From NCBI GenBank assembly GCA_002633005.1, contig NMRA01000164.1:157085-221084 (forward strand): 64,000 nt of DNA, in the 5' to 3' direction. Each line of letters starts with the position of its first letter. Position 1 is the stretch's first letter. The position numbers and the translations under genes were made by a program. The notes below the pieces were generated by a model. That model ran no database searches and was not told the DNA's origin. It was given only the letters and a program-made list of their open reading frames with translations. Below, one piece after another: positions 50,741-63,925 of the stretch. The DNA comes from Phoronis australis (taxonomy: Eukaryota > Animalia > Phoronida).

Positions 50741-53578
50741 ATTCAGAATTCAATGCGAGTTTATAATTTTGAAGACAAATCCACAACAAATAGTCAGGAG
50801 AAGTTTAGGACAATGACACAACTCGTAAGAACATCAGGCGGCTGTCTTTTTTTCCAAAACTCTGTCTATGAATGGCTTAATCTTTTTCAAACATCAGGCT
50901 AGATTTAAAAGTCACAAACCCCATCCAAAACTCAAAATAAAAACTCAGAAATGCATAGCCACGGGAACAAAATAAAAGACAAAACCAAAGAACAAAAAGT
51001 ACAACTTTATTCTATAGAACCTTCACGAAACAGGCCCTGAGATTACAGCACAATAAACATCAAAACACATCATCCAATTTGAAAATTTTATATACTGAAC
51101 CATGCCTACTGAGTACCCCCCCAGGTTTAATAAATTTCTACACCTGCTTCACTACAATCAATCATCACACAGGTATGAGCAACAAGCATACATCACACCA
51201 CACCATAACTTGTTTTCTCCATGCTTCGCTTATGGATACATTAAGCTTTACTCCATGTAGGTTGGCATTCCCCGATATCTATCAACCACACACACTGAAT
51301 TCACCACCAGAATGAACAAGCAAATGATCTGGTCAAAACTGGTAGTTACTTGGCGAAAATTTCTCGCCAAGTATGTTGCTCTGACACTAAGTTTTTGTTT
51401 TTTTTTGTTTGGTCTAACCACAGAAATTTTTGTGAAAACAGACAGCAAACCAAAGCAGTGACGAAAACAAGTCAAAATATGGCTAAATGTCAAAATGAAT
51501 TGCATGTACCTACTTACCTATTAGAGGCTTTTAACTAAATATTACAAACATCGGCAAAAATGTGTATAATCATCGAAAATACAAAGCATTTTGACGCTAC
51601 ACCGTAGCACTAAAGAAGTGGCAAAAATACGGAGCAAGTACGTAATTTCCCTATTGGTTGACATGTAAGCATTCTGCAATCCCAATAACAATTAGACATT
51701 ATCACTACTCCAGAGTTAAACAGAACATGCAAATGGTGTAGTCAATAATGAATTTTAGAAAAGCAAAGGGTGTTTTTAATAACTGGTACATGCAACCTCA
51801 CTTAATAACTCATCATGATACAACTCGTTAGTTTCCATAAGCCATCACTTTTAATTCGGGCTCGATTACATGCCCATACTTGTGCATTATTAGTCGTCAC
51901 TCCGCTCAATCGTCACTTTTATTCACCATCCAGAAGGCAATGAGTTTAGCGAGGCACAGTGCTACTTGTACCGTATACTTCAAAGGTATATATAAGTTAA
52001 AAATCTTAATTTGGGAAACTGTTCCTTTAAGGTTTTAGTGAAATATGACTGAAACACATGGTCACAGCAAAGATCAGTGCTCTCCCCAACCTGTTTTAAC
52101 TGGTCACTTCCGCCACTAGGAATTTTTTGTTGTGATGAACCCTGGAGCTGTGACCAACAGCCCATGCGAGATTGATTGAAACCATTTGTTAAAGAGCCTG
52201 TAACATAAAATGTCACCTTTTTAAGGTCTACAACATGACAGACCCACTTTTTGAAAATTTACACTCCTTTCACTTTCCAAAAACGATAACACGCACAAAA
52301 TCAAAATTTTTTCATTTTTAAGTTCTGTACAATAGCTACCATTGATACTTTGAGAAATTGTGAGCATTCACATCAGAAACCTCTGAAAAATGAAAAAAAA
52401 TATCAGTAAGTGGTGAGATTTACCGTTGCACAAGTCAAGCTTGCAAACTTAAAACTGAAATAAAGGTAGTGGCACTTTTTGTTTTTTTTGAACCAATCGA
52501 CGCCATGAGCACATTTTTTATGAAGTGTAAGAATACTAATTATAAAAATGAACAAAGGGTTGCACCCAAAATGTGAAACAAAACCATGGTTCTCAAAGAT
52601 GGCGCTGGGCCATTTGAAAGATTTATACCTTCTCAGTGAAGACATCGGACAACAAACTACAGACTCATGTTCATCACAGCTGTCCAGCTTAAGAAGTTGG
52701 TAGCAGTTTTTAATCGACTAACTTTGCTGCTGAGAAATTTGTGGGTTATAACTTTATGAGGCAACCAACTAACATTTCTAATTCACAAAGCTCTACTAGT
52801 TTTTTGACTTGTCTGTATTTATTTCGCACTCACAACTTGTGAAAACAAAACTATTATTTTTAAGAGTAAAAAATTTGATCGAAATAAATAATGTACATTA
52901 AGAGTATGACATACTGTCCACGTCCTCACACAGACTGTGAGTTCAAATCCATTAAATAAGTGACACACTTAAGCCTGGGGGTTCTCCCATTGGAATGGCT
53001 AGTTGGGATGAGCCCTCTCAGGTATCATCTTGGGGTGGCAGTTTGTCCCCAGGTATCTTCGATGGGCATTTTACCCTTTCAGGTACCATCTCGGGGGCTT
53101 TGAGATAACAGCACTTAGTGATTTTAAGGTATTGTCTAAGGGTGGGTTTTATAGTGATGGCCGGGGGGGGGGGGGGNGGAAAAACTGTTGTCTCGGATGG
53201 GGTTTTCTTTGTGTGGATACACTTTTTCAACAACTAAGGCACTGGTACAGCAAATTGGTCTGATTTTGACTGTACAGAGGCACACTACTATCCACCATCT
53301 GGACCAACACATACCATTATTCCATAATCAATACTGGTACTAGTAGCAGCAGTAGTAGTAATAGTTGTGCATTACTTGCCCATCCCATTTTTGTTAACCA
53401 TCATTTCACTGGAACATGTTGACACCAACTGAAATCAGTGAGTTTACTGTCATTTTCTGTCAGTGGGCACCAGCCCCATGTTGATAAACTACTGATATGA
53501 ACAAATGACCATCTCTAGAATTAGGTTTCCAACTAAATTGCGATGGACTGATGCTGGAACCTAGATATTTATTGTTAA

Positions 53579-54881
53579 AGAGTTCCCACCATGACCCTGT
53601 GTCTCAAAAAGGAATTTTATTATTACATCTTAACAGATTTAATAGCCTTTAATACACCTGTTGCTACGAAACAATCTAAAATTATTAAAAATATATTTTT
53701 CTGTTATCGAGTTTGTACGCAATGGGTGGAAGACCGCCTCAGCCGTTGTTGTTTTACCAGTGCGATACTGAGGAGTTGTGAAGAAAGTCCGCGTGGAGCC
53801 GTCTTTTTCAGACGTGAAAAGGTGCGTTTGTGAAAACTATTGTAACAACAACTTGACTGTGAACGTCTTAGTGTTCAACTTTCCTAAATACGTGAAAGTT
53901 GCACAAAAATGGCATCGGTTTGTCATGGGCAGCGCACCATAGGGGCCTAGGGTGGGGCTATAGCCCCCACTTTTTCAGGGCTAAGCCGCCCATGGTCTAT
54001 AGGCGGTGCAACACAGGAGGGCTGGGGGGGATTAGCCCCCACTTTTTTCAGTGCTGCGCCACCCATGATTGTGCGTCGAACAAGAGTGTGGAGTGTCAGT
54101 GTGGAACATGAGATTCAGTTTGGCGTAAGCCACACTTTGATCGGCACATTTCAAAGAATCGTGTTTCGACCACACACACACATAAGCGGCGTTACAATGA
54201 AGGACTCACCACCAAGTAAGTGCATTTGCAAATTTTGTAAATAACGAACAAACTGCTTCCATTCTAGGGCGAGTGATGCCAGGCCCTGGACCCCGACCCA
54301 GATCGAGTGCTACTACAAGTAGGCTTATGCATATTGTGTTTAGACTGTGCTCATTCCATCACGGCAATAGTGAATACGAGTAACCCAGGTTGGCTGTGGC
54401 CTTAGTCAGTAATTATTAAGTGTCTATTTTGTGAGTAGTGACCACCACTTGGTAGAGTTGGTTGTGGCTCACATATGTCATTTCTCGTGCAAGTGGGTCG
54501 AGTTCATACAGCCTGAAACCCGACGAAAGTTCGCTAAATGGGAAATCGAATTCATTGTCTGATTCTTCAAGTGCTTGAGTATAAGTGCCCGTATCCACTC
54601 TCCTCTCTGTCTGCATAATAATTGTCCAATTCTCGCCAAATATTGTCATTGTCTTCTGACCTGCAGTGTTCCGACATTGCAAATGATTGTCAAGCGGCCA
54701 ACCGTCTTCCACCCATTGCATCATTTGGCGGGAAACTTAGAAATAAGTAATTTTTCTTCAAAATTAAAAAAGTTGCCACTATTTGGCATAAAAAGTGCCT
54801 ATTTAGCAAGATTTTATGGTATTCGATTCATATTACCTAACTTAAACCTGAAAAAGTAAGAAAATGCATGGTGGGAACTCT
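53579..54881 (+). mobile_element. Kolobok-like non-autonomous transposon containing a decayed THAP domain
   Basis: Perfect 15-bp TIR agagttcccaccatg / catggtgggaactct; TTAA on both sides. Confidence 0.88.
53924..54067. mobile_element. 144-bp GC-rich MITE nested in the THAP remnant
   Basis: catgggcagcgcac...gtgctgcgccacccatg termini; flanks tttgt/attgt; internal repeat gggct..ggggggattagcccccactttttc. Confidence 0.7.
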
Positions 54882-57420
54882 TTAAAGTTGATGACATCAG
54901 TTGGTGCCTAACGATCACTTCAGTGGCAAGATGGAAACAAGAAATATCGGGGCCCTAGATGCCCCTCATGGAAATTATTTCAAAATCACACAAAATTACA
55001 CTGATCAAGCCCAAGAATTCCATTCCTACCATAAAATTCCCCCAAGGTTACAAGCACATTTGTAAAATATTAATCTTGGCAACTTGAGGCAATGAGGGGT
55101 GGCGAATGGGGATGGAATTGGCGGTGATGGGAGGGGCATTTTCCCCTCAACCAAAAAATGTTCCTCTCAGAGGGTAAAGGTATCATTTCCCACAGGTGAG
55201 CTAGGGCCCTGAATGTTGACTGAAGTATATAGTGCATATTTACAATGACTTGCCAGGTATAAACATCAAAATCAAGACATTGCTTGTGATGCACAAAGAT
55301 TTTAGGGATATTCCTGTCCAGGTTTGAACCTGTACCCTTTGGGCACGCCTAATGATAAAAAGTGTGCCTTTTTTCAAAAAGTTGTACCCGGCAGACTTAG
55401 TGTAATTAAACTGGTAATATATGAAAACCCAAAGGCAATTGAAATAAAAACAGAGTCATGCTTACCGACTGGCTGTAAGTTGATCACAATCTTGAGTTTT
55501 TGGAAGAGTTGTGTTTTAAAAGATGCACCCGGAGGGCACACTACTACAAGTACAATGTACTTGCGCCTTTTATTTTTTTAAGCGCCAATGGCACAAAGGC
55601 GCAGTCCAGGAATATCCTTGCCTAATATTAAGAGCAACATACATGTTAAACTAGTCAACTTCGTCAAACTCTAGGAGTCAGTCAATACCAATTAAACCCC
55701 CTGTGAGACCACCATTTTTTCCTGACCCTAAATGATAATCTTAATACTTGTGTCCTCGACTCAGACAACCATTGTACGAGAATGCTTATAAAGGAGGCCA
55801 TTCACAATTCACATACTAGTACCTGTAAGTGAGAAACATGCCAAGCGGAACCTGAACAGGAACATTGAAACTTACAATCTCCAGCTGTGGTGATTGGTAT
55901 TGTCCTGTTCCCACCATATTTTTCTCACTATGCATTTCAAGAAGTGATCCTGAGTAGTGTGACTATATATAATGTGTTTTGATTAGTTTGATTTGATGCT
56001 GTCCTACTAATCTCTCTGAAGTTGGTTTATTTGTAATAAACTAAAACATTGGATTTGGATATGTCAATCTTCATGTGTGCGCTTGTGATCAGACTCTTGC
56101 TACTATTTTTGCCAAAAAAATATTCAATGGTTCGCCAAACTCTATTTCCCATGTCATTTCTAAGGCACGGTTAAAAAAATGTAGCCATGATGTAACAGGC
56201 ATTTTAAACTAGACCCAGATCTCCTGCTTTTTCTCAGGAATTGCTGAGTTCTTCCATGTGATGAAATGATGGGAGCACAGAAACAAGTGACCAATATTGA
56301 CATTTCTGAATTATGTAACATGAGCGCATGGTTAGCAACTGATGGATCTAGGTGTAAGCAAAGACAGTTTTGCATCATGTGGAATAACAGATTTTTTTCA
56401 GCAGTACATTTTATATGGATGTCCCCCTAAACATACAACTTCCGAAGATGGTGCTGTGACAAATAACCACCAAGATTTACAAGACAAGATAAGACAAGAC
56501 ATCAGTCGCCGTAGACACTGTCTCATGGCAGGGATTGCCATCCAAGGTGGGTCATGTTTATGGGCTAGTCATGATCACATGATAAATCAGTAGCTTAGAG
56601 CCATTGCTTCAACAGTTAGACGTTGAGAGATGTTTAATTAGGTACTAGTAAATGCAGAAGTCATGCACCAAATCAAAGTCAATTTAGTACAAAGGCTTGA
56701 TCAGGTCAGACAATCAAGCAGCGCGTCACTAAAACCACTGGTCACTGCATTTATGTGATTTATGAACGCCAACGCGTGATTTATGAACGCCAACGGCAAC
56801 GCCTCATTCGTGGTCAGTTGACGTCAACAGCTGTGAAACTATAAAATCAAGCTCAGACAAACATCAGTGCAGACTCTACGTTAATTTTCTCACCCACCCA
56901 CTAGATTTTACCAAACGGCAAAAGTGATAGGTTAAAAAATATATGAGTAGGAACAGTGCAGAAAAGATACCTTACCGTTGACCTATATTGGGTTACAACT
57001 GGTAATTGTAGGCTACGCTACACTTTGACCTCTTGCCTCTTTTGAGGAGTGTACAATCCTTCAATGTCGGTCATCCCACTTAAATGGGGGTATTTTCTTC
57101 TAATGGAAAGTCTTTAATATCGAAAAAATAGAGAATGTTTAAAAATAATGCCCATAATATCAATTTTATGATTTACTTTCTAATACTTTAAGAGTCCATT
57201 GCAAATCTTTTTCATAATAAATGCTGTAAGTCTGTTTTTATACCCCTCCCCCCTAATCAAAGTGTAGTAAACTAATCTATTTTTGTTTTGGTTCCTGATA
57301 TGGTTGAAAATGGCGTGGCTGCTGTCTAAGCCAGGTTGGGCCGCTGTTATTAGAGATAGGTACTGTTAAAGTTAACCCATCGGCGTGTGCTGATGTATGA
57401 AGTTCAATCTACCAGTACTA

Positions 57421-58241
57421 CACATAGTGTACCTAATTATCGGACGGAACCTAAATATCGGACATTTCAAAAAATCTTACTTGAAGCATAATCTGAGAAT
57501 TAAATGACACCAATTGTTGTTCCGTTGTAATGCATTCAATGTCCGGCACCGTCTCGTTTTTTGCAGCGTTGCCTCGTTTTGATTTCACCGAGAGAGGGTG
57601 CAATTTAGACCCCCAAGTCGGCCTAAAATGGACGATCGCATAAATCGGTTGTAAAAGTTGAAAATAAAATCTTTTTCCACAATGAAACTTTCTCATTGAA
57701 CTAACAATATGTTACTGTTCCATTTTTTCATTTGTTTTTAAACTCAAGTCAATCCCCGACAGCGCACGTGCGAGTGTCATGTCAAGAAGCCAAAGTGATA
57801 CTAAAAACTGCCCTGAGTTTGCACGTGCTTTAGTCGTCTGCACTAATTCATCGAACTGACTTGGCGCCGTCATCAGATTTCATTTTATGGATAATTTTGT
57901 TGCGAATGGACCTGGGTTCTAGCAGCATATATGTCAAAACACTCGAGCTGAAATTTGGCGACAAGGTGCCCGCGGCCATTACATGGTTAGTCAGTTTTCC
58001 GCGGTGTGGCGTATGGAGAAACATGGTGTCCGATATTTAGGTTCTCCGAAGGTTTGGTTGTTGTGTTTTTTGAAGATCAGTCGGAACATAAATGTGGCTT
58101 TCAGTGACAAGATATAGTAACAGAACAATTCCGTGAAGGTAAATCTTTATTTCAGCAAAGAATTTACAACAATCAGTAGTATTTTCAATTAAATACTTTG
58201 CAAAATGTGCCAAAACGTCCGATAATTAGGTCACTTGACTG
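57421..58241. mobile_element. Non-autonomous Tc1/mariner-pogo-type element upstream of the actin-like gene
   Basis: TIR core acctaattatcggac / gtccgataattaggt; TA flanks. Confidence 0.75.
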
Positions 58242-58618
58242 TAGTTATCTGTTCATTTATTGCCAAAGCTGTCTAGCTGCTACAATTTGAACCACTCGTT
58301 GAACGCATGCATGCTCTGACATAATTAATCACCTGTCACTGGGCAGGACTAGACAACGTGAATCATTAGTGGCAGTAACTTGCTGTGGACAGTGGAGCAC
58401 TGAGTATGGTCAGGTCGTCAGTTTTCGGTCAGACTATAGGCCATGTTGAACTGATCACAGTGGCCGAACTAAGGTATGAAGCCTTGTCAACATCACCTTC
58501 TTCACACCATTCATGTGTGTGTTATTTTTCGAGGGCCACTAAACTGGACACAAAAATTCACAAAATAAGGAGGGTTGTATCACTTGTATGTGACTCCGTG
58601 GGAACTTAAAAGAAAGAA

Positions 58619-59770
58619 ATGTCAGAGCTGGAAACCGAGTTTAGTGGGCTGGATTGTATAGTCATTGACAACGGTAGCCACTCTGTTAAAGCTGGATTTG
58701 CTGGAGAAGAGACGCCAGAAGTCGTGTTTAATTCTGTTGTTGGACGACATGGCAGTGCAAATGACACAGCATGTCACAATGACAATGTGAATGACATTAT
58801 TTTTGTCGGTGATGAAGCGCAGGATAAAAGAGATGTGCTATCACTTAATTACCCCATACAGTATGGAATAGTTACAGATTGGGATGACATGGAAAAAATA
58901 TGGGACCATGCTTTCGAAGAGTTACGAGCTACGCCTAAAGGCCACACAGTGCTTCTGACAGACTGCCATGTTCTAAGTCCGAAAGTACAAAGGGAAAGAA
59001 TGGCTCAGATTATGTTTGAAAATTTTGAAGCTGCTGGATTACACGTGTGTAGTCAAAGCCTGTTGCCATGCTACACTTTACAACAGAAATCTGGCATCCT
59101 AGTTGTTGAATGTGGCGAGAGCTTAACAATGACTCACCCAATTTATTGGGGATGGAGTATAACAGAGGCAATACGCACAATGTACTTTGGTGGACGCCAT
59201 TTGACAGATCACTTAGCCATGTTGTTAGAACGTCATGGTTACAGTTTTTCGACAGTTGCAGAAAGGGAATATGTGAACGAAATGAAAGAAAAATGCTGCT
59301 GTATCTCAACAAACTATGAAAGTGAGATTCAGACAAAACATTCCACTGACTACTCTCTTCCTTGTGGTCAAACAATCAGTCTCAGTAAGGAATGTGTACT
59401 GTGCCCTGAAGTTCTGTTTAATCCTCACCTCCTAGGCTTGGATGGTCCTAGCTTACCAGAGCTCATAAAAGACTCCCTTATGTCTTGTGATGTTGATCTG
59501 AGGCCAGAGTTTGCCTCAAACATCATGCTATCTGGGGGATGCACATTGTTTGAGAATTTTGAAATTCGCTTGGAACACGAATTGCGGAGCATTCTTCCAA
59601 CAAAGTTAGGTGAAAATGTGCATGTGATATGCATGCCTGAACGTAAATACTCAACCTGGATGGGTGGCTCCATAATGGCATCCCTGTGTACCTTTCAAAG
59701 AATGTGGGTGTCAAAGTCTGAGTATGAGGAAATTGGACCGAGTATTGTGTTCAGAAAATGCACAACATGA
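58619..59770 (+). CDS. Divergent actin / actin-related protein, intronless, 383 aa
   Basis: IVIDNGSHSVKAGFAGEETP, VGDEAQDKRDVLSLNYPIQYGIVTDWDDMEKIW, NIMLSGGCTLF, ERKYSTWMGGSIMASLCTFQRMWVSKSEYEEIGPSIVFRKC. Confidence 0.95.
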   Translation: MSELETEFSGLDCIVIDNGSHSVKAGFAGEETPEVVFNSVVGRHGSANDTACHNDNVNDIIFVGDEAQDKRDVLSLNYPIQYGIVTDWDDMEKIWDHAFEELRATPKGHTVLLTDCHVLSPKVQRERMAQIMFENFEAAGLHVCSQSLLPCYTLQQKSGILVVECGESLTMTHPIYWGWSITEAIRTMYFGGRHLTDHLAMLLERHGYSFSTVAEREYVNEMKEKCCCISTNYESEIQTKHSTDYSLPCGQTISLSKECVLCPEVLFNPHLLGLDGPSLPELIKDSLMSCDVDLRPEFASNIMLSGGCTLFENFEIRLEHELRSILPTKLGENVHVICMPERKYSTWMGGSIMASLCTFQRMWVSKSEYEEIGPSIVFRKCTT

Positions 59771-60330
59771 ATTGAACTGGATTATATAATTCACTATTCA
59801 TGGTCTACTGCACCCAGCCACTGCATGCTTTCATCACCTCATAGTGATTTCAAGATGTTATAAATTCATTAAGACTGACTGACCTTTCCTAAGATATCAC
59901 TTTCATGGCAGTTTGGCATATTGCAAAGACCTGCTACAAACCCACTTTATAAATTTGATTTAAGGACCCATGCAGTGCCAAATAGGTCAAGCCAAAATCG
60001 CAAACTTCGAACTCCAATAAATCAAGTTACCAGTGATGAATATTTCCATTGGAGCTATTGGCGGACTCCGTTCAGATCTAGGACCTCATTCATTCGAAAG
60101 GGGCCTGTGCCTTCTGAGAGGGTAATTTTTGGGTGAGGGGAAAATTCTACCTCCCAAGTCCCAATCACCATCAAGTGATTTGTACCTTGAGGGGAATTTT
60201 TCAATCACTTGAGGGGGATTTTTGGGCATCACGAGGAGAATTTTGTGTGATTTTTTAATATTTTTCGGAGGGGAATGGGGCTGATATTTGGCCCAAAAAT
60301 CGAGGAATTGAGGGCCCTGTGATCACGTGT

Positions 60331-60509
60331 AATTGACCTATCGCCAGGATTTTGAGTGACGGCTTAACTGACCAATTAAAACACAGCATTCTTGACACAC
60401 CTTCATTTCCAAGGCGCCATTTTACCCGACAAACAACACGTTACCAAGTAAAACTTATTGTTTGTTTGTCGACATTTCGCAAGAGGGCAGAGCTTGCGAT
60501 AGGTCAATT
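60331..60509. mobile_element. ~180-bp MITE with 14-bp TIRs
   Basis: aattgacctatcgc / gcgataggtcaatt. Confidence 0.65.
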
Positions 60510-62698
60510 GGGAACGCTAACTTGATCGGCATGGAAAACATAAAGGGTTCCAAGGTCTATCCTGAAAATTGAACCAAAACATTGGTTTTCAAAGATAGCA
60601 CTGCACTGATATTAGCGTTAAAATCTCACTAAATTAGGATACAATATGGCGAAAAAGTGGAACTCGCATTTTTTCATTTTTTTAAACTTAAGTAGTACCA
60701 GATAATTTTTTCATCATCTTCAAGTTCTTTATGATATAGCTGACGTCAGACAGTCTTTTGAGCAATTGTGTATTCTTGCACCTCTGTTAGAAGCCTTTGA
60801 AATGTGAAGAATGATCAATTTCGGCAATTATTTTTGTTCGAAATTGGTGAGATTTTAATGTGGGGTAATAATGCCTCTGGTCTTGATGTCTGCCAACTTG
60901 GCCCTGCGCTGGCCGAATCGTCACGGTTCCCATGGCAATGCCTAGTTGTGTCCCTTCATGTGTATCTGAAGCGCCGTAGTCCACATGGCCAGATCTGCTG
61001 GCCTGCCTCCGTGCTGGTGGCAGACGGGTAGCGTTGGGTTACTATACAGGCCAGTTAGCCCTCAATGTGAGGTTTGCACACCAGTTTGTTCCGCCGACGG
61101 AAAATGTGCAGGTGATCGGGTGCCGTGTAACGATCAGGAAGTTTCAGCGGGTTTCCCTCGAGAAACGAAATGTGTCGTAGAAATGTGCGTTTCCACGTAC
61201 CCGATATCTTGCCTCTGCTGGTTGAGGATGTCATGGTGGCGTGGGTCAAATGATAATTTTTGGATAGTTTTGGCTTCATGTCATTGCACGAATTTGGTAA
61301 TATAGTGAAATGCGCACAATAAGCTTATTTATAAAAATAACAAAAATAGGGGTATTTTTTAGACACTAGTGACACCAAAAATGGTTCCGTATAGGAGAAA
61401 ATTTGAAAATTGTGGGAAATGCACATATAGGTCCTGAATCTAGAGAGACTGAGCTTTCAGATGAGATAAAAAAACTGTCAACATGGTCACAACTTTTGTT
61501 TTTTGTCTCAAGGCCGACCTTTTCACGGAATTGCCCTAGTGATGGCAACAGGTCTTAAGTTGGTCCTTGTTCTCTATTTCTGGACTGAGGAAGAACAGAC
61601 ATAGTTGTTGTCATTATCAAAATGCATTGTGGGACAAACACCAGGTGATATCACTGATAACTTGGCGACGTGTCAACAATGTGTAGGAAAACAAAACTTG
61701 TCACTCTAGCTCACCATAATTGAAAGTACCAGATCTACTGTCATATGATTTTTGAAGGTAGTACAACTACAACAGTCATCATACAAATTAAAGTACTGAA
61801 ATGAACTTCAAAATGCATCAAATACAGAAATTTGGAAATCTGTTGACGCTGAAGTTAAATCTCGCCTCAGAAAACAGATTGTTAATCAGATTACACCTCC
61901 ACAAGTTACGTGCCTGTGAGGTCAGAAACTGTCGACCATCCCACAATGCATTTGCAAAGTGACTGCCCAAATTTGTAAGTGATCTGACAGAAAGTGAGCA
62001 CATAGTGCCATAATTTTAAGGCCTTACAGTAAACGTGCAAGGTTTTGACAAAAATGATTAAAACTGTGTCTGAAAATTCTCAAATGTCTCAAAACACTGT
62101 GTATGACTGGTATCAAAAGATGTCAGATGTCAATTAGAGATACATACACATTCCTCTGATGCAGTTGCATTGATCATTGAAGTGACTCACTGCCCAACAA
62201 CAGCCATCTCTGCTAGTTTTTTTTTCTGCTATACAATTTGCCACAGTTAACTTTTAAAACTATGAGAGCTTGACAAAGTCCATAAAGACACTAATATGCG
62301 GTTTTGTCCTCCATTTAATGACGGTGACAGAACACTCCAAATCCCCTTCGACATCTTAGATCCATCAGTGATCCAGTTTTTCTGTGCCTTCCAAATAAAT
62401 TTTACCTTCCTACTGGCTTGTCATAACAAGGTAAATATTCATGTATGTACACTGCTACCGGGGCAATTTTGTTTATAGCCATTTAATGCCATGATTCTCT
62501 GCTTTTCAAGACAACACATTTCAAAGATAACTTAAGAGTCAGAAACTGAAAAGAAATATCATTGCGCATTTTCAGTCTCTTGCTTTGTTTGTCCTTTTCC
62601 CCTAGGATTCAAAATGTAAGTTGAACCTTTGATGTTTTCGAATCTAAGCATTGAGAAACTATTGGTCTAGTAAAACTGGAACATAATTTTCAACAATT

Positions 62699-62704
62699 TT
62701 TATT
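62699..62704 (-). terminator. Candidate COG7 polyadenylation signal
   Basis: AATAAA on the minus strand ~1 kb after the stop. Confidence 0.4.
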
Positions 62705-63696
62705 GTGAAATCATGAACTTCACTCAAACACCATTATGGAATCTAATTGCAATTATACATACAATACTAACAAGGATCTCAAAATTCAGTACGTGGCGCT
62801 AGTGAACCAACAGTTCCACTAGTAGAAATAAACACATTCAGAACAAGTGGAATTGTTCCACAAGTGCCCCAATGCTGGTGAACAACTTTCTGTACTTGAT
62901 CCATTAAGATGGTAAAAGAGGAACCTTTCTTCATTAGCGCCACCTAGAGATTATTGAATTGCCCATTACAATACGAAAAGATTAAAAAAAAACAATTACC
63001 CTAACAGTTTTCAGTTACAACCACAACCAGTGAAACTCCCGTAAGATCAAAGACCATTTACATTAAGCAGTGCAACCCCCCACTTAACCTTGACCAAGAC
63101 TGCAACTTCCTCCTATTTATGACTAGGTGTAAATTCCCGTTTCACACCAGCAGGAAGAACAGCCACGTGATCAAGGGCCTGAGCTGCAGGCTTGAAACGT
63201 CATGCTTAACTAAATGTATCCTAGTAAGTAAATGTTCTCATTTTTTACAATGAAACTTCACGGGTGCACATTCAGGGAGCAGGGGGTAAAACTGAATGCT
63301 CAGTCACTTTTGCAACGGTCCTTTTACGGACAGCAAAAAGTCTATGTGTGAGCTTCCTGGAGCACTGAGTTTTAAAATTAGAAAAGTCCAATCCAGAATA
63401 AAGAAAGTGTGACGAAGGTGATCATCTGCTCGGTTAGCTGCCAGTTGATACGGCATAGATCCTATGATCTCTATATATCACATATCTAGGTTTAGTGGCG
63501 TTGTAGCAAAGGATGACAGCTATTCCACAATCGTTTGTGTCTTGGTCGCCTCGCACTATATATAAAAGGTTAATTGCTAACGTGGTGTAATCAAGACATC
63601 ACTCCCTCTTCGCCATTTTCAGTCTCCCCAATTGTGATCCCGAATCCATGTGTGCTTCACAAGCAAGCTGATCCCCAGTATATCAATACACTTCCA

Positions 63697-63863
63697 CTAT
63701 AGCTTGAGGTTCCTCATCTGGGAAATAGCTCCCACAAGCCTTTGCGGTAGTTGCTCGGCAACATCTGTGTATTCTTCAGGCTTTGCCCTCAGTAATGTTT
63801 CAATATTCCTCAGTGCATCAGATTCCTGTAAACCCAAATCTTCCAACACATTGCATAAGTAAT
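63697..63863 (-). CDS. COG7: Conserved oligomeric Golgi complex subunit 7, last coding exon (gene continues beyond the window)
   Basis: tgtattttcag acceptor; (D)YLCNVLEDLGLQESDALRNIETLLRAKPEEYTDVAEQLPQRLVGAISQMRNLKL* resembles the vertebrate COG7 C-terminus ([32 protein letters not shown]...MRSVNY, recalled from memory). Confidence 0.85.
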
Positions 63864-63925
63864 CTGAAAATACAAAGAACAGAGATCAGAACTATGACTT
63901 GTATACACTTTGACCTATAAACTCT

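Noticed and set aside
52630-52680. Box C/D snoRNA-like motifs (GTGATGA...CTGA, minus strand)
   Set aside because: Only ~45 nt between boxes, no terminal stem, and no established host gene or recognisable guide.
59010-59714. ORFs overlapping the actin-like gene (and 24269..24490 within GDPGP1)
   Set aside because: Antisense or alternate-frame shadows of real CDSs.
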